Shown here one piece after another: positions 1 to 8,183 of a stretch of DNA of 42,163 nt. The notes below the pieces were generated by a model. That model was not told the origin of the DNA and ran no database searches. It saw nothing but the letters and a program-made list of their open reading frames with translations. The DNA is from Candidatus Magasanikiibacteriota bacterium. Lineage in GTDB: Bacteria; Patescibacteriota; Patescibacteriia; Magasanikbacterales; 2-02-FULL-50-9b. Both the position numbers and the translations under genes were made by a program. The first letter of the stretch is position 1. The number at the start of each line of letters is the position of its first letter. The stretch lies in NCBI GenBank assembly GCA_023246755.1, contig JAHFHU010000007.1, forward strand, positions 1-42,163, given 5' to 3'.

Positions 1-1050
1 AGATGGTGACGCGCCGTGACGCATGCTGTAGAACGCGAGCATACAAAAAAGTGACGCGCCAATCGTAAACGCCCCAACGATCGCGATCATGCGGCGATTA
101 AATTTTTGTATGATGATTGCCGTTATTGATGCGATGAAGAGCGGCACGCCGATGAGCGGATGGGTGATGGTGGCAGCGAGCGAAAGAGCGGTGATCGCAG
201 CGCGACCATTTGTCGAACGCAACGCAAGCGGCAGCAGCAACACCCACCACATCGCATACAAAATTGTGAGATTGTGCGGAACCGTGAAGGTGAATTCTGC
301 GGCTGGATACATGAGTAAACACAGCGTCGCGAACATCGCGCGATCGCGTGGAATACGCCAACCGTGTACAAATCCGACGTATCCAAGAATTGGAATCGAA
401 ATGCTGGCGAGGATCGGTACGAGTAATCGGTCAACAAGCCACACCGGCGCACTGGTTACGAAATGGAAAAATGGCACGATCGCATATTGCCCAATGTAAA
501 ACGGCTGGAGCGGCAGAATTTTTCCGTGGAGCGCAACGTAATTTTCTGCAGCTTGGTGAATCACCGGATCATACGCATAGCCAAATCGAAACGCAAGTAG
601 TGCGATAGAGTAAAATAATCCGACGTGAGTGATCAGTGCACCGAGCGCAAGCAGGGAAAGATTTTTTTTCCACACGCCCGCGGCAAGCAGGGCGGTCACG
701 CACGCGTACATGACAAAAAACCATGGATGCACATGTTCCCATGGCGATTGCATGGCCGCGTCAGATCGTGTGAGCCACACGACAAACGCGAGAATAACGT
801 CGCTTGCAATTACGCTACAGAGCAAAATTTTATTTTCTCGTGCGAGCGGGATCGCGGGCAATTGATTCCTCAACATCGCACACGAAATGACAATGGTCGC
901 TATAGCAAGTGCGATCGAATCACCGCGATTAATGCCAACGGTTACATACAGCGCCGACGCCACGCACACGACGCTGCACCACAAAAATACAGCGGTCAGC
1001 GCCCAATGCTTATGGTTTTGGATACACGTCTTTGCAAAGATAGATGGCAT
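1..1050 (-). CDS. Multi-pass membrane protein, GT-C-like/hypothetical; runs off the window start
   Basis: Not in the ORF track because it has no stop in the window. Manual translation from ATG at 1050 reads MPSIFAKTCIQNHKHWALTAVFLW...FGYAYDPVIHQAAE...YIGQYA...FTVPHNL...THPLIGVP, with many hydrophobic segments. The start is uncertain and overlaps the upstream gene by 41 nt. Confidence 0.75.
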   Translation of the reverse strand, partial: MPSIFAKTCIQNHKHWALTAVFLWCSVVCVASALYVTVGINRGDSIALAIATIVISCAMLRNQLPAIPLARENKILLCSVIASDVILAFVVWLTRSDAAMQSPWEHVHPWFFVMYACVTALLAAGVWKKNLSLLALGALITHVGLFYSIALLAFRFGYAYDPVIHQAAENYVALHGKILPLQPFYIGQYAIVPFFHFVTSAPVWLVDRLLVPILASISIPILGYVGFVHGWRIPRDRAMFATLCLLMYPAAEFTFTVPHNLTILYAMWWVLLLPLALRSTNGRAAITALSLAATITHPLIGVPLFIASITAIIIQKFNRRMIAIVGAFTIGASLFCMLAFYSMRHGASPS

Positions 1051-1717
1051 CACTTTGTGTTTTCGGTATGTCAGCTTTTGAGACGCCCGCGGTTGTCAAA
1101 TACTTTGAGAGCGGTTGGCATGCTTTCTTTGCTTTTTGTGCTGCCGCGCAATCGTTTTCGTAGAGATAGAATGCGCTACAAACTGTTTGTGAAATTTTTG
1201 CGTTCCACACAGCGGATTTTAAAATCTTCACGCAGGTGACATATTGCTCTTTTGATTCTGCAGGCAGCGGATTGCCGTCAAGTTTTTTCTGAAGTGCGGC
1301 TGAACATTTTTTGACAACAAGCGCTTCATTGAAGTTGTATCCGGTTGGGCACGGCGGCAACAATTTTTGCCAATCTGGATTGAATGCGGTGCTTTGTAAA
1401 TTTGGTTGAGGAAATCGGTCAATGCTCCCAACGCTGTTTGCGGGTTGATATCCCGATCTCGTTGGTTGTTGGTATCCTGCATTTGACGGAGGAACTCCAT
1501 TGTTATATCCGGCTGCGCCATCCACACCCGACGCTTTCACGACTGCTTTTGCCGAAACGCAATACCACGGCGCGGTGTTGACGGGAACGAGCGTAAACGC
1601 CGCGCGGATTGGTTGCGCGGCGTTGAAAGAATCTTGCGCGAGCGAATAGCCGATCGCGCTCGTGCCGGTTGCGAACATGATGAGGGTCGCAATAAAAATA
1701 CCTGTTGGTTTGTGCAT
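1010..1717 (-). CDS. Exported hypothetical protein with Cys-rich C-terminal half
   Basis: ORF 1010..1747, likely start at 1717 (MHKPTGIFIATLIMFATGTSAIG, signal/TM segment). Several spaced Cys residues. Confidence 0.65.
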   Translation of the reverse strand: MHKPTGIFIATLIMFATGTSAIGYSLAQDSFNAAQPIRAAFTLVPVNTAPWYCVSAKAVVKASGVDGAAGYNNGVPPSNAGYQQPTRSGYQPANSVGSIDRFPQPNLQSTAFNPDWQKLLPPCPTGYNFNEALVVKKCSAALQKKLDGNPLPAESKEQYVTCVKILKSAVWNAKISQTVCSAFYLYENDCAAAQKAKKACQPLSKYLTTAGVSKADIPKTQSDAIYLCKDVYPKP

Positions 1718-1796
1718 ACAATAAAGTGCGTTTGCATAATTATGCACGTGATTTTGTCAAAACACAATAAACATGCTACAACACCTGTGCATAAAT

Positions 1797-2426
1797 ATGA
1801 TTGAAGCGCAGCGTGAACGGGCGAAAAAAATTTTGGCAGAGCTCGAACGGCTGTTTCCGGACGCGGGGATGATGCTGCGATTTTCGAATCATTGGGAATT
1901 AGTCGTCGCTGTTTCGTTGTCAGCACAATGCACGGATAAAAAAGTTAATGAGGTGACGGAAAAACTTTTTAAAAAATATCCAACGCTCGACGATTATCTG
2001 CGTGCGACGTTGCAAGAATTTGAACGCGACATTTTTCAGACCGGATTTTATCATCAGAAGGCGCGTAACACGTTGGCCGCAGCGCGCGTGCTGAGCGATC
2101 GGTTTGGGGGCGTCGTGCCGCGAACGATGGAAGAGTTGATGTCGTTGCCGGGCGTCGGGCGCAAAACTGCAAATGTTGTTTTGGGGAATGCGTTTGGCAT
2201 CGCCGTTGGAATTGCGGTCGACACGCACGTGCGGCGACTCGCGCGTGTTTTCGAACTGACGAATTTCGATGATCCAGAAAAAATCGAGCAGGATTTAATG
2301 AAAATAATTCCGCCGTCGCAGTGGTTTCGCGCGACATATTTATTTATCGAATACGGCCGCCGGTTTTGCACCGCACGGCCGCATGATCACGAAAATTGTC
2401 CCGTGACAAAACTATTTTACCATTGA
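1797..2426 (+). CDS. nth: Endonuclease III (HhH-GPD DNA glycosylase/AP lyase)
   Basis: LSAQCTDKKVN, HhH motif LPGVGRKTANVV and AVDTHV. Start taken at the second Met (1797). Confidence 0.95.
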   Translation: MIEAQRERAKKILAELERLFPDAGMMLRFSNHWELVVAVSLSAQCTDKKVNEVTEKLFKKYPTLDDYLRATLQEFERDIFQTGFYHQKARNTLAAARVLSDRFGGVVPRTMEELMSLPGVGRKTANVVLGNAFGIAVGIAVDTHVRRLARVFELTNFDDPEKIEQDLMKIIPPSQWFRATYLFIEYGRRFCTARPHDHENCPVTKLFYH

Positions 2427-2725
2427 TATCCCGCGCTGGTGTCCTGTGTCGCGTCGGCTGAAGGCGCTGGTTTTGGTGGTGGAGTTGGGGTGGGCAGTTT
2501 TTGTTTTATTACAGGTTTTTTTGGTGGTGGTACAATCTTTTTCGGAGGAACTATTTTTTTGACCACGGGCTTGGTCACAACTGGTTTTTTTGCGGGAACT
2601 ACTTTTGCGGGAACTATTTTTTTGACGACCGGTTTTTTCACAGGAGTTGCAGCAAATGCAACCTGTGTTGATAAAAATGATGCGGCGATCGAGAGCGTGA
2701 CGAATGCGTTTGTTAATTTTTTCAT
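2417..2725 (-). CDS. Small exported Lys/Pro/Val-rich low-complexity protein
   Basis: Signal peptide MKKLTNAFVTLSIAASFLSTQVAFA, then repeated KKPVV/KKIVP units. Confidence 0.7.
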   Translation of the reverse strand: MKKLTNAFVTLSIAASFLSTQVAFAATPVKKPVVKKIVPAKVVPAKKPVVTKPVVKKIVPPKKIVPPPKKPVIKQKLPTPTPPPKPAPSADATQDTSAGYQW

Positions 2726-2749
2726 AGAAGTGGTAAAAGTATAACATGG

Positions 2750-2778
2750 TTGTAAAATTCTGCATATTCCGCTACAAT
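2750..2778 (+). promoter_or_regulatory. Putative sigma70 promoter for prfB
   Basis: TTGTAA (2750-2755), 17 bp, TACAAT (2773-2778). The ATG is 8 nt downstream. Confidence 0.5.
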
Positions 2779-2786
2779 CCTGCAAT

Positions 2787-3932
2787 ATGATCGACGCGGG
2801 AAAACGGCTTGTCGAGCTGCTCGGGCAAATTCACGAGGCGCGAAAATTACTTGACCACGACCGCAAGGCCGTGGATGTTCGTGCGCTTGAGGTTGAGATG
2901 TCAAATTCGGATTTTTGGAAAGATCAAGAGACGGCGGCGCGCGTCTCAAAAAAACATGATGAGCTTGGCCGCGAGTTGGAATTGTGGGCGGCGATCCAAA
3001 CAGAAGTCGAGGGTCTCATCGCGCTCTGCGAAATGCCGGACGCTGAACACGATCTCGATGTGCGCGCCGAAGTTGAAACACGCGCGACGGAATTGCACGA
3101 AAAATATCAGAAGCTCGAGTTTTATTTGTTGTTCAGCGAACGTCACGATGAAAATTCGATTATCATGGCGATTCATGCGGGGACGGGCGGTGTTGAGGCG
3201 ATGGATTGGGCTGCGATGTTGCAACGTATGTACATTCGATATGCGGAGCGCAAAGGGTGGCGCGTGACGATCGACGATTATTCGCCGGGCGCGGAAGCGG
3301 GGCTCAAAAGTGTGGTGATGGAAATCGACGGGCGATTTGCGTATGGACATTTGAAAGGCGAGCACGGAACGCATCGGTTGGTGCGGATGTCGCCGTTTAA
3401 CGCGGATGGTTTGCGCCAAACATCGTTTGCGCTCGTTGAAATCATGCCGCAGATTGAACAGGATTCGGATTTGGTGATTGATCCGAAAGATGTGCGCATC
3501 GACACGATGACGTCGCAAGGTGCGGGTGGGCAATCGGTTAATACAACGTATAGTGCGATTCGTCTCGTGCACATTCCGACCGGAATTATTGTCAGCGTTC
3601 AAAATGAGCGCTCGCAATTGCAGAACAAAGAAACGGCGTTTAAAATTTTGAAAGCGCGGTTGCTGGCGATTCAATTGCAAGAGCAGAAAAAAGAACGCGA
3701 ACAATTGCGCGGTGAACACAAAAGCGCGGAGTGGGGAAATCAAATTCGGTCATACGTGTTGGCGCCGTATCGGATGGTGAAGGATATTCGAACGCGTTTT
3801 GAGACGAGCGACACGGGTGGTGTTTTGGATGGCGACCTCGATTCATTTGTCGAGGCATATCTGCGCTGGATAAAAATTAAAGGCAACGAAGCGCGGGCAG
3901 CGAGTGATGAACCGGATTATGAAGATGAGTAA
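2787..3932 (+). CDS. prfB: Peptide chain release factor 2
   Basis: SPF motif (RLVRMSPFN), GGQ motif (GAGGQSVN) and WGNQIRSYV, in a single uninterrupted frame. Confidence 0.97.
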   Translation: MIDAGKRLVELLGQIHEARKLLDHDRKAVDVRALEVEMSNSDFWKDQETAARVSKKHDELGRELELWAAIQTEVEGLIALCEMPDAEHDLDVRAEVETRATELHEKYQKLEFYLLFSERHDENSIIMAIHAGTGGVEAMDWAAMLQRMYIRYAERKGWRVTIDDYSPGAEAGLKSVVMEIDGRFAYGHLKGEHGTHRLVRMSPFNADGLRQTSFALVEIMPQIEQDSDLVIDPKDVRIDTMTSQGAGGQSVNTTYSAIRLVHIPTGIIVSVQNERSQLQNKETAFKILKARLLAIQLQEQKKEREQLRGEHKSAEWGNQIRSYVLAPYRMVKDIRTRFETSDTGGVLDGDLDSFVEAYLRWIKIKGNEARAASDEPDYEDE

Positions 3933-5124
3933 TCGCGCTGCAGAGCTCGAGAAAAATTTTTCGCGCATGTTTTGGATTCAGGCGCTCATGAGTACGAAAA
4001 TTTTGAATGTAGTAATTTCGATTTTTTATGTGCATCGTGGGCTGACGTTCAAGGAAATATTTTTGCTCGGTGTTGTGTTTGCGGTAACAAATTTGGTCTG
4101 TGAAATTCCGTCGAGCTACATGGCTGACAAGTGGGGGCGCAAAAAAACAGTGGCACTTGCGGTTGTTTTTCTTGCTATCAGCAGCATATTTGATTTTTTT
4201 AGTCACAATTTTTTTCTATTTATTATCGATATTGTTTTTTTGGGTGCCTCGTATGCGTTCATGACCGGAACGGACGATGCAGTCATTTATGACACGGCGC
4301 GAGAATTGGGTCGAGACAAAGACTCTCTGAAAAAACTCGGCAATTATTATGCCGCGCAGCGCGTGGTAAAAATTGTGACACCACTAATTGCGGTGCTCAT
4401 TGCGAAAGATTTGTTGGACTGGCAGTTTAGGGCGATTGTTAGTCTTGAATTTATAACAACGATATTTGCGTTGCCGCTCGTGTGGAAGCTTATCGAGCCA
4501 GCTCATAAAGTGGATGTTGAAAAGATTGAGGCAGGAATTTTGCTTGACGCGGGCAATTTAATCAAGCGTAATCCGGAGCTCATTAGAATGATTCTAAATC
4601 GCACGATAGTTTTTGTTGGAGCTTTTATCGTGTGGCGAGTACATCAGCAATATTTTTTGGAAAATAATATTTCATTATTTGCGATCGGTGCAATGTGGAC
4701 ATTAGTTAATTTATTTGGATATCTTGCAATTAATCGTATCGGCAGTATTTTTCCGCAACTTAGCGCTGCAGCGAAAATTAATTGGCTTAATTTTTTGATG
4801 ATTTTGAGTTTGATAGTATTCACGAGTAGTTCATACTTCAATCTTCCGTACACGCTACTGATTTCTTTTGGGTTACTCTGCATGTTCGAGAATATTCGAT
4901 GGCCGATTTTTTCTGATGTTATGAATAAACACAGCAAGTCGTTTAATCGAGCGACTACTTTATCGCTATCAAATCTTATTAAAAGCGTGGTCGATATTCC
5001 GCTCATGTTTATTGCGGCAATTATGGTAACGCATGATTTGCAATACGTATTTATATTTGGAACTGTACTTGCGATAACGGGGAGCGCACTATTTTATATG
5101 CGTACACGTGAGCGCTTGATGTAA
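3925..5124 (+). CDS. MFS transporter
   Basis: About 12 hydrophobic segments and an MFS motif A-like EIPSSYMADKWGRKK. ATG at 3925 overlaps the prfB stop. Confidence 0.85.
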   Translation: MSNRAAELEKNFSRMFWIQALMSTKILNVVISIFYVHRGLTFKEIFLLGVVFAVTNLVCEIPSSYMADKWGRKKTVALAVVFLAISSIFDFFSHNFFLFIIDIVFLGASYAFMTGTDDAVIYDTARELGRDKDSLKKLGNYYAAQRVVKIVTPLIAVLIAKDLLDWQFRAIVSLEFITTIFALPLVWKLIEPAHKVDVEKIEAGILLDAGNLIKRNPELIRMILNRTIVFVGAFIVWRVHQQYFLENNISLFAIGAMWTLVNLFGYLAINRIGSIFPQLSAAAKINWLNFLMILSLIVFTSSSYFNLPYTLLISFGLLCMFENIRWPIFSDVMNKHSKSFNRATTLSLSNLIKSVVDIPLMFIAAIMVTHDLQYVFIFGTVLAITGSALFYMRTRERLM

Positions 5125-5153
5125 ACGGAATTATCTGGTATGTTTTAGGTACT

Positions 5154-5342
5154 ATGAACGTAACATATCGAGCAATAATTGAGCCAGACGAAAAGGGATT
5201 CCATGGGTATGTACCTGCCTTGAAAGGGTGTCACACGTGGGGGCGCTCGCTTGCGGGAACTCGTAAAAATTTACAGGAGGCGATTCAGCTTTATTTGTCA
5301 GTTCTCGTTGAAGATGGCGGTTGTTACGGCTCATACAGGTGA
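5154..5342 (+). CDS. hicB: HicB-family antitoxin, short, C-terminus probably truncated
   Basis: YRAIIEPDEKGFHGYVPALKGCHTWGRSLAGTRKNLQEAIQLYL matches the HicB N-terminal partial RNase H fold pattern. Confidence 0.8.
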   Translation: MNVTYRAIIEPDEKGFHGYVPALKGCHTWGRSLAGTRKNLQEAIQLYLSVLVEDGGCYGSYR

Positions 5343-5418
5343 TTTGAAAATTGATACGCTCAAAGGAATTTTGGAAGATGCAAAAATTACGGATGAGCAG
5401 TTGAGAAAAATGTTGTGA
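5314..5418 (+). pseudogene. hicA: C-terminal remnant of a HicA toxin
   Basis: Manual translation MAVVTAHTGDLKIDTLKGILEDAKITDEQLRKML* resembles the HicA C-half (VVPxHxxDLxxGTLxxILxxA). The N-half with the catalytic GSH is absent. Confidence 0.7.
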
Positions 5419-5472
5419 AAAGAGCAGAAGAGCTTGATTTTTGCGTGTTGAAATGGTAGGGTGAGGGTACGT

Positions 5473-5778
5473 ATGAGTTCAAAACAAACACTTTCAATCG
5501 CTGCGCTTCGTCGTGCCGTGCGTCCGATATTGAAGAAATATCCGGTGCGCCGGACTTTTGTGTTTGGTTCGATGAGCCGCGGGGACGCGAACGCGAAAAG
5601 CGACGTTGATTTGCTGGTAGAATTTTCAAAAACAGTTTCATTGTTGACGCTCGTTGGTCTGCAAGATCAGCTGTGTCAAAAGTTACATCGACCGGTTGAT
5701 GTGGTGAGTCACCGAGGACTGCGGCCACGATTTAAAAAATATATTGCAGATGATTTGAAGTTGGTTTATGAAAGTTGA
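5473..5778 (+). CDS. Minimal nucleotidyltransferase (MntA-like antitoxin)
   Basis: GS-X10-DXD motif in FGSMSRGDANAKSDVDLLVEF. About 100 aa, directly upstream of a HEPN gene. Confidence 0.9.
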   Translation: MSSKQTLSIAALRRAVRPILKKYPVRRTFVFGSMSRGDANAKSDVDLLVEFSKTVSLLTLVGLQDQLCQKLHRPVDVVSHRGLRPRFKKYIADDLKLVYES

Positions 5779-6115
5779 TGATCGTGCACACCTCGATGAT
5801 ATTTTAACAAGCATTGAGGCGATTGAAACATACACGCGAGGTAAAAGTTTCGTACAATTTTCAAAAGATCAAAAAGATCAGGACGCAGTTTTACGGCGAT
5901 TTGGAATTATTGGCGAGGCAGCACATCGATTGTCGCGCGCACGGATGGCACAGATGACGGAAATTCGATGGAAAGAAATTGTGGGGATGCGTAATAAAAT
6001 TATTCATGATTATGGTGACGTTGATTTAAAAATGGTTTGGAAAACTATTCGCGAGGATTTGAAAGAGCTTAAAAAAGCGATTGAGCAGTCGTTAGTTAAA
6101 GATTGTGAAAAATAA
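5768..6115 (+). CDS. DUF86/HepT-like HEPN ribonuclease toxin
   Basis: R-X4-H-X-Y motif (GMRNKIIHDY) and IIGEAA. Overlaps the MNT gene. Confidence 0.9.
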   Translation: MKVDDRAHLDDILTSIEAIETYTRGKSFVQFSKDQKDQDAVLRRFGIIGEAAHRLSRARMAQMTEIRWKEIVGMRNKIIHDYGDVDLKMVWKTIREDLKELKKAIEQSLVKDCEK

Positions 6116-6671
6116 AGTTTTCGTCTATCCAACCGAAACGTCATACGCGATCGGCTGCGACGCACGCGATGCGGCTGCGGTTGCGCGAGTTTTTAAAATT
6201 AAGGGGCGCGATGCGAAAAAAACCGTGACGCTCATTGCGGCGAATAAAAAAATGGTGGAAAAATTTGTTGATGCCCGCACAGCACGAAGTCGAGAAGTCG
6301 CACGCGTGATGGCGGGGCTGTGGCCCGGGCCGCTTACGCTCGTGTTGCCGGCGAATGCACACGCGCGAAAAAAATTAGTGCCGCAAATTATTGCGCGAAA
6401 CGGCACAATCGCAATTCGCGTTTCTGAAAATAAAATTGCGCGCGAGATGAGTGAGCATCTGGGCGCGCCGATTGTTGCAACGTCGGCAAACAAATCCGGC
6501 GAGCCCGCATGTTATTCGGCAGCAGCTGTGCGGCGCATGTTTAAAAATAGCACAGAAAAACCGGACATCGTCATCGACGAGGGCGCACTTCCAAAACGCG
6601 CCGCATCAACAATTGCAGAATTTAAAAAAGGGAAGTGGATAATTCATCGGGTCGGACCGATCACGATATGA
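6105..6671 (+). CDS. tsaC: L-threonylcarbamoyladenylate synthase (YrdC/Sua5 family)
   Basis: YPTETSYAIG, KIKGR, WPGPLTLV and ATSANKSG motifs; GTG start. Confidence 0.92.
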   Translation: MKNKVFVYPTETSYAIGCDARDAAAVARVFKIKGRDAKKTVTLIAANKKMVEKFVDARTARSREVARVMAGLWPGPLTLVLPANAHARKKLVPQIIARNGTIAIRVSENKIAREMSEHLGAPIVATSANKSGEPACYSAAAVRRMFKNSTEKPDIVIDEGALPKRAASTIAEFKKGKWIIHRVGPITI

Positions 6672-7474
6672 TCAACAAATCATGGGTACAGGAAAAAATT
6701 AAAGCGCTCAAACTCGCGCCATCGCGTGGCAACGGTCAAAATTTTTTGATCAGCCCCGATCCGATCATCGCAATCATCAAAGCGGGTGAAATAACGGCGG
6801 GCGATCGCGTGCTCGAAATTGGACCCGGACTTGGCGCGCTCACCGAAGCGTTACTCGCGACGGGTGCAGACGTCACCGCAATCGAATTCGATAAAAAACT
6901 CGCCGAGTATCTCGAAAAAAATCTATCAAAAAAACTGCCGCACAAAATCATCCACGGTGATGTGCTTGAAATCGCAACCGAAAATTTTCTTGCTGACCTG
7001 CACCCATACAAACTCATCGCAAATATTCCGTATCATCTCACGAGTGATATCATCCGGCGCTTTACCGAAACAAAATTTAAACCGCAAACAATTTGTCTAC
7101 TCGTACAAAAAGAAGTTGCGGAGCGCATCACCGCTGAGCCGCCGCGCACCAACCAACTCGCACTCTTCACGCAATGGTTCGCGCGCGTCGAATACATCAC
7201 AACAATTCCGCGCACACTTTTTTCTCCAGCGCCCGAAGTCGATTCCGCAATTATTCGGATCGTGCCGCGCACACCCGATGAACAAGCGCGTGGCCTCTCG
7301 CCAAACGAACAAAAACAACTTTTTTCATTCATCAAACGCGGTTACGCACATCCACGCAAACAGCTTGCGAATAATCTCGGCGTAAAAATAACGGACGCAC
7401 CGCTCAATTTAACACGCCGTGCCGAAACACTTTCGCACGAAGAGTGGATAACATTGTTCAAAGCCTTGTCGTAA
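6668..7474 (+). CDS. rsmA: 16S rRNA m6,2A1518/1519 dimethyltransferase (KsgA)
   Basis: GQNFL, VLEIGPGLGALT, ANIPY, QKEVAERI and PAPEVDSA. ATGA overlap with tsaC. Confidence 0.95.
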   Translation: MINKSWVQEKIKALKLAPSRGNGQNFLISPDPIIAIIKAGEITAGDRVLEIGPGLGALTEALLATGADVTAIEFDKKLAEYLEKNLSKKLPHKIIHGDVLEIATENFLADLHPYKLIANIPYHLTSDIIRRFTETKFKPQTICLLVQKEVAERITAEPPRTNQLALFTQWFARVEYITTIPRTLFSPAPEVDSAIIRIVPRTPDEQARGLSPNEQKQLFSFIKRGYAHPRKQLANNLGVKITDAPLNLTRRAETLSHEEWITLFKALS

Positions 7475-7515
7475 CAAGTCGACAACCTGTATAATACATC
7501 TCGATCATTATATTT

Positions 7516-8175
7516 GTGATTGTGATGGAACAACCGGAGCTCCACCCACACAGCAAACTCGACACGGGCCAACGAATCGGAGTTGCCCTGCTTATTTGTA
7601 TAACGGCTCTCGTGATTCTGGTGACATTCCTTCAATTCAAATCGCACCTGTTTTCCTATGGCGTTCGGGGGAAATCTGATCCGCTTGCCGCGCTTGATCC
7701 AAGCGCAAAAGCAGAGAAACAGGAAGATGCGCTCAAGCACGTTGATACGGATGGCGACGGACTCACCGATTACGATGAGCTGTTTGTATATCACAGCAGT
7801 CCCTATTTGCGTGACACGGATTCAGACGGCGTCGCAGATGGTGACGAAGTGCGGCGCGGTTCAAGCCCGACCTGTCCTGAAGGAAAAGACTGTCTGTTCA
7901 ATCCGATCGTTGCGCAAGCAAATGCATCGTCAACGCCCGCAACCCTCACCACAAAGCCGACAAATTCAGGATCAAAACCATCGATGGACCTGAGCAAACT
8001 TTCACCGGAAGATCTGCGGACGGCACTCATCGAGAGCGGCGTGCCGGAAGCGCAGTTGGTAGGTGTCAGCAACGAGGATTTGATAAAAATAATTTTGCAG
8101 GCGCAGCAAGAGCAGCAAGTTCCGGCGGCGGCGACATCGCCAAATCCAGCGCAACCCGCATCTCCCACTCCTTAA
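7516..8175 (+). CDS. Membrane-anchored protein with bacterial TSP3-type Ca-binding repeats
   Basis: One N-terminal TM helix, then DTDGDGLTDYDE and DTDSDGVADGDE repeats and CPEGKDC. Confidence 0.8.
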   Translation: MIVMEQPELHPHSKLDTGQRIGVALLICITALVILVTFLQFKSHLFSYGVRGKSDPLAALDPSAKAEKQEDALKHVDTDGDGLTDYDELFVYHSSPYLRDTDSDGVADGDEVRRGSSPTCPEGKDCLFNPIVAQANASSTPATLTTKPTNSGSKPSMDLSKLSPEDLRTALIESGVPEAQLVGVSNEDLIKIILQAQQEQQVPAAATSPNPAQPASPTP

Positions 8176-8183
8176 CGTAACGT

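Noticed and set aside
89-1239. Plus-strand ORFs 89..499 and 625..1239
   Set aside because: They are antisense shadows of the minus-strand membrane protein gene at 1..1050.
1733-1746. Perfect palindrome TGCATAATTATGCA between divergent genes
   Set aside because: It could be an operator, but it is a single copy with no regulator nearby, so it cannot be supported.
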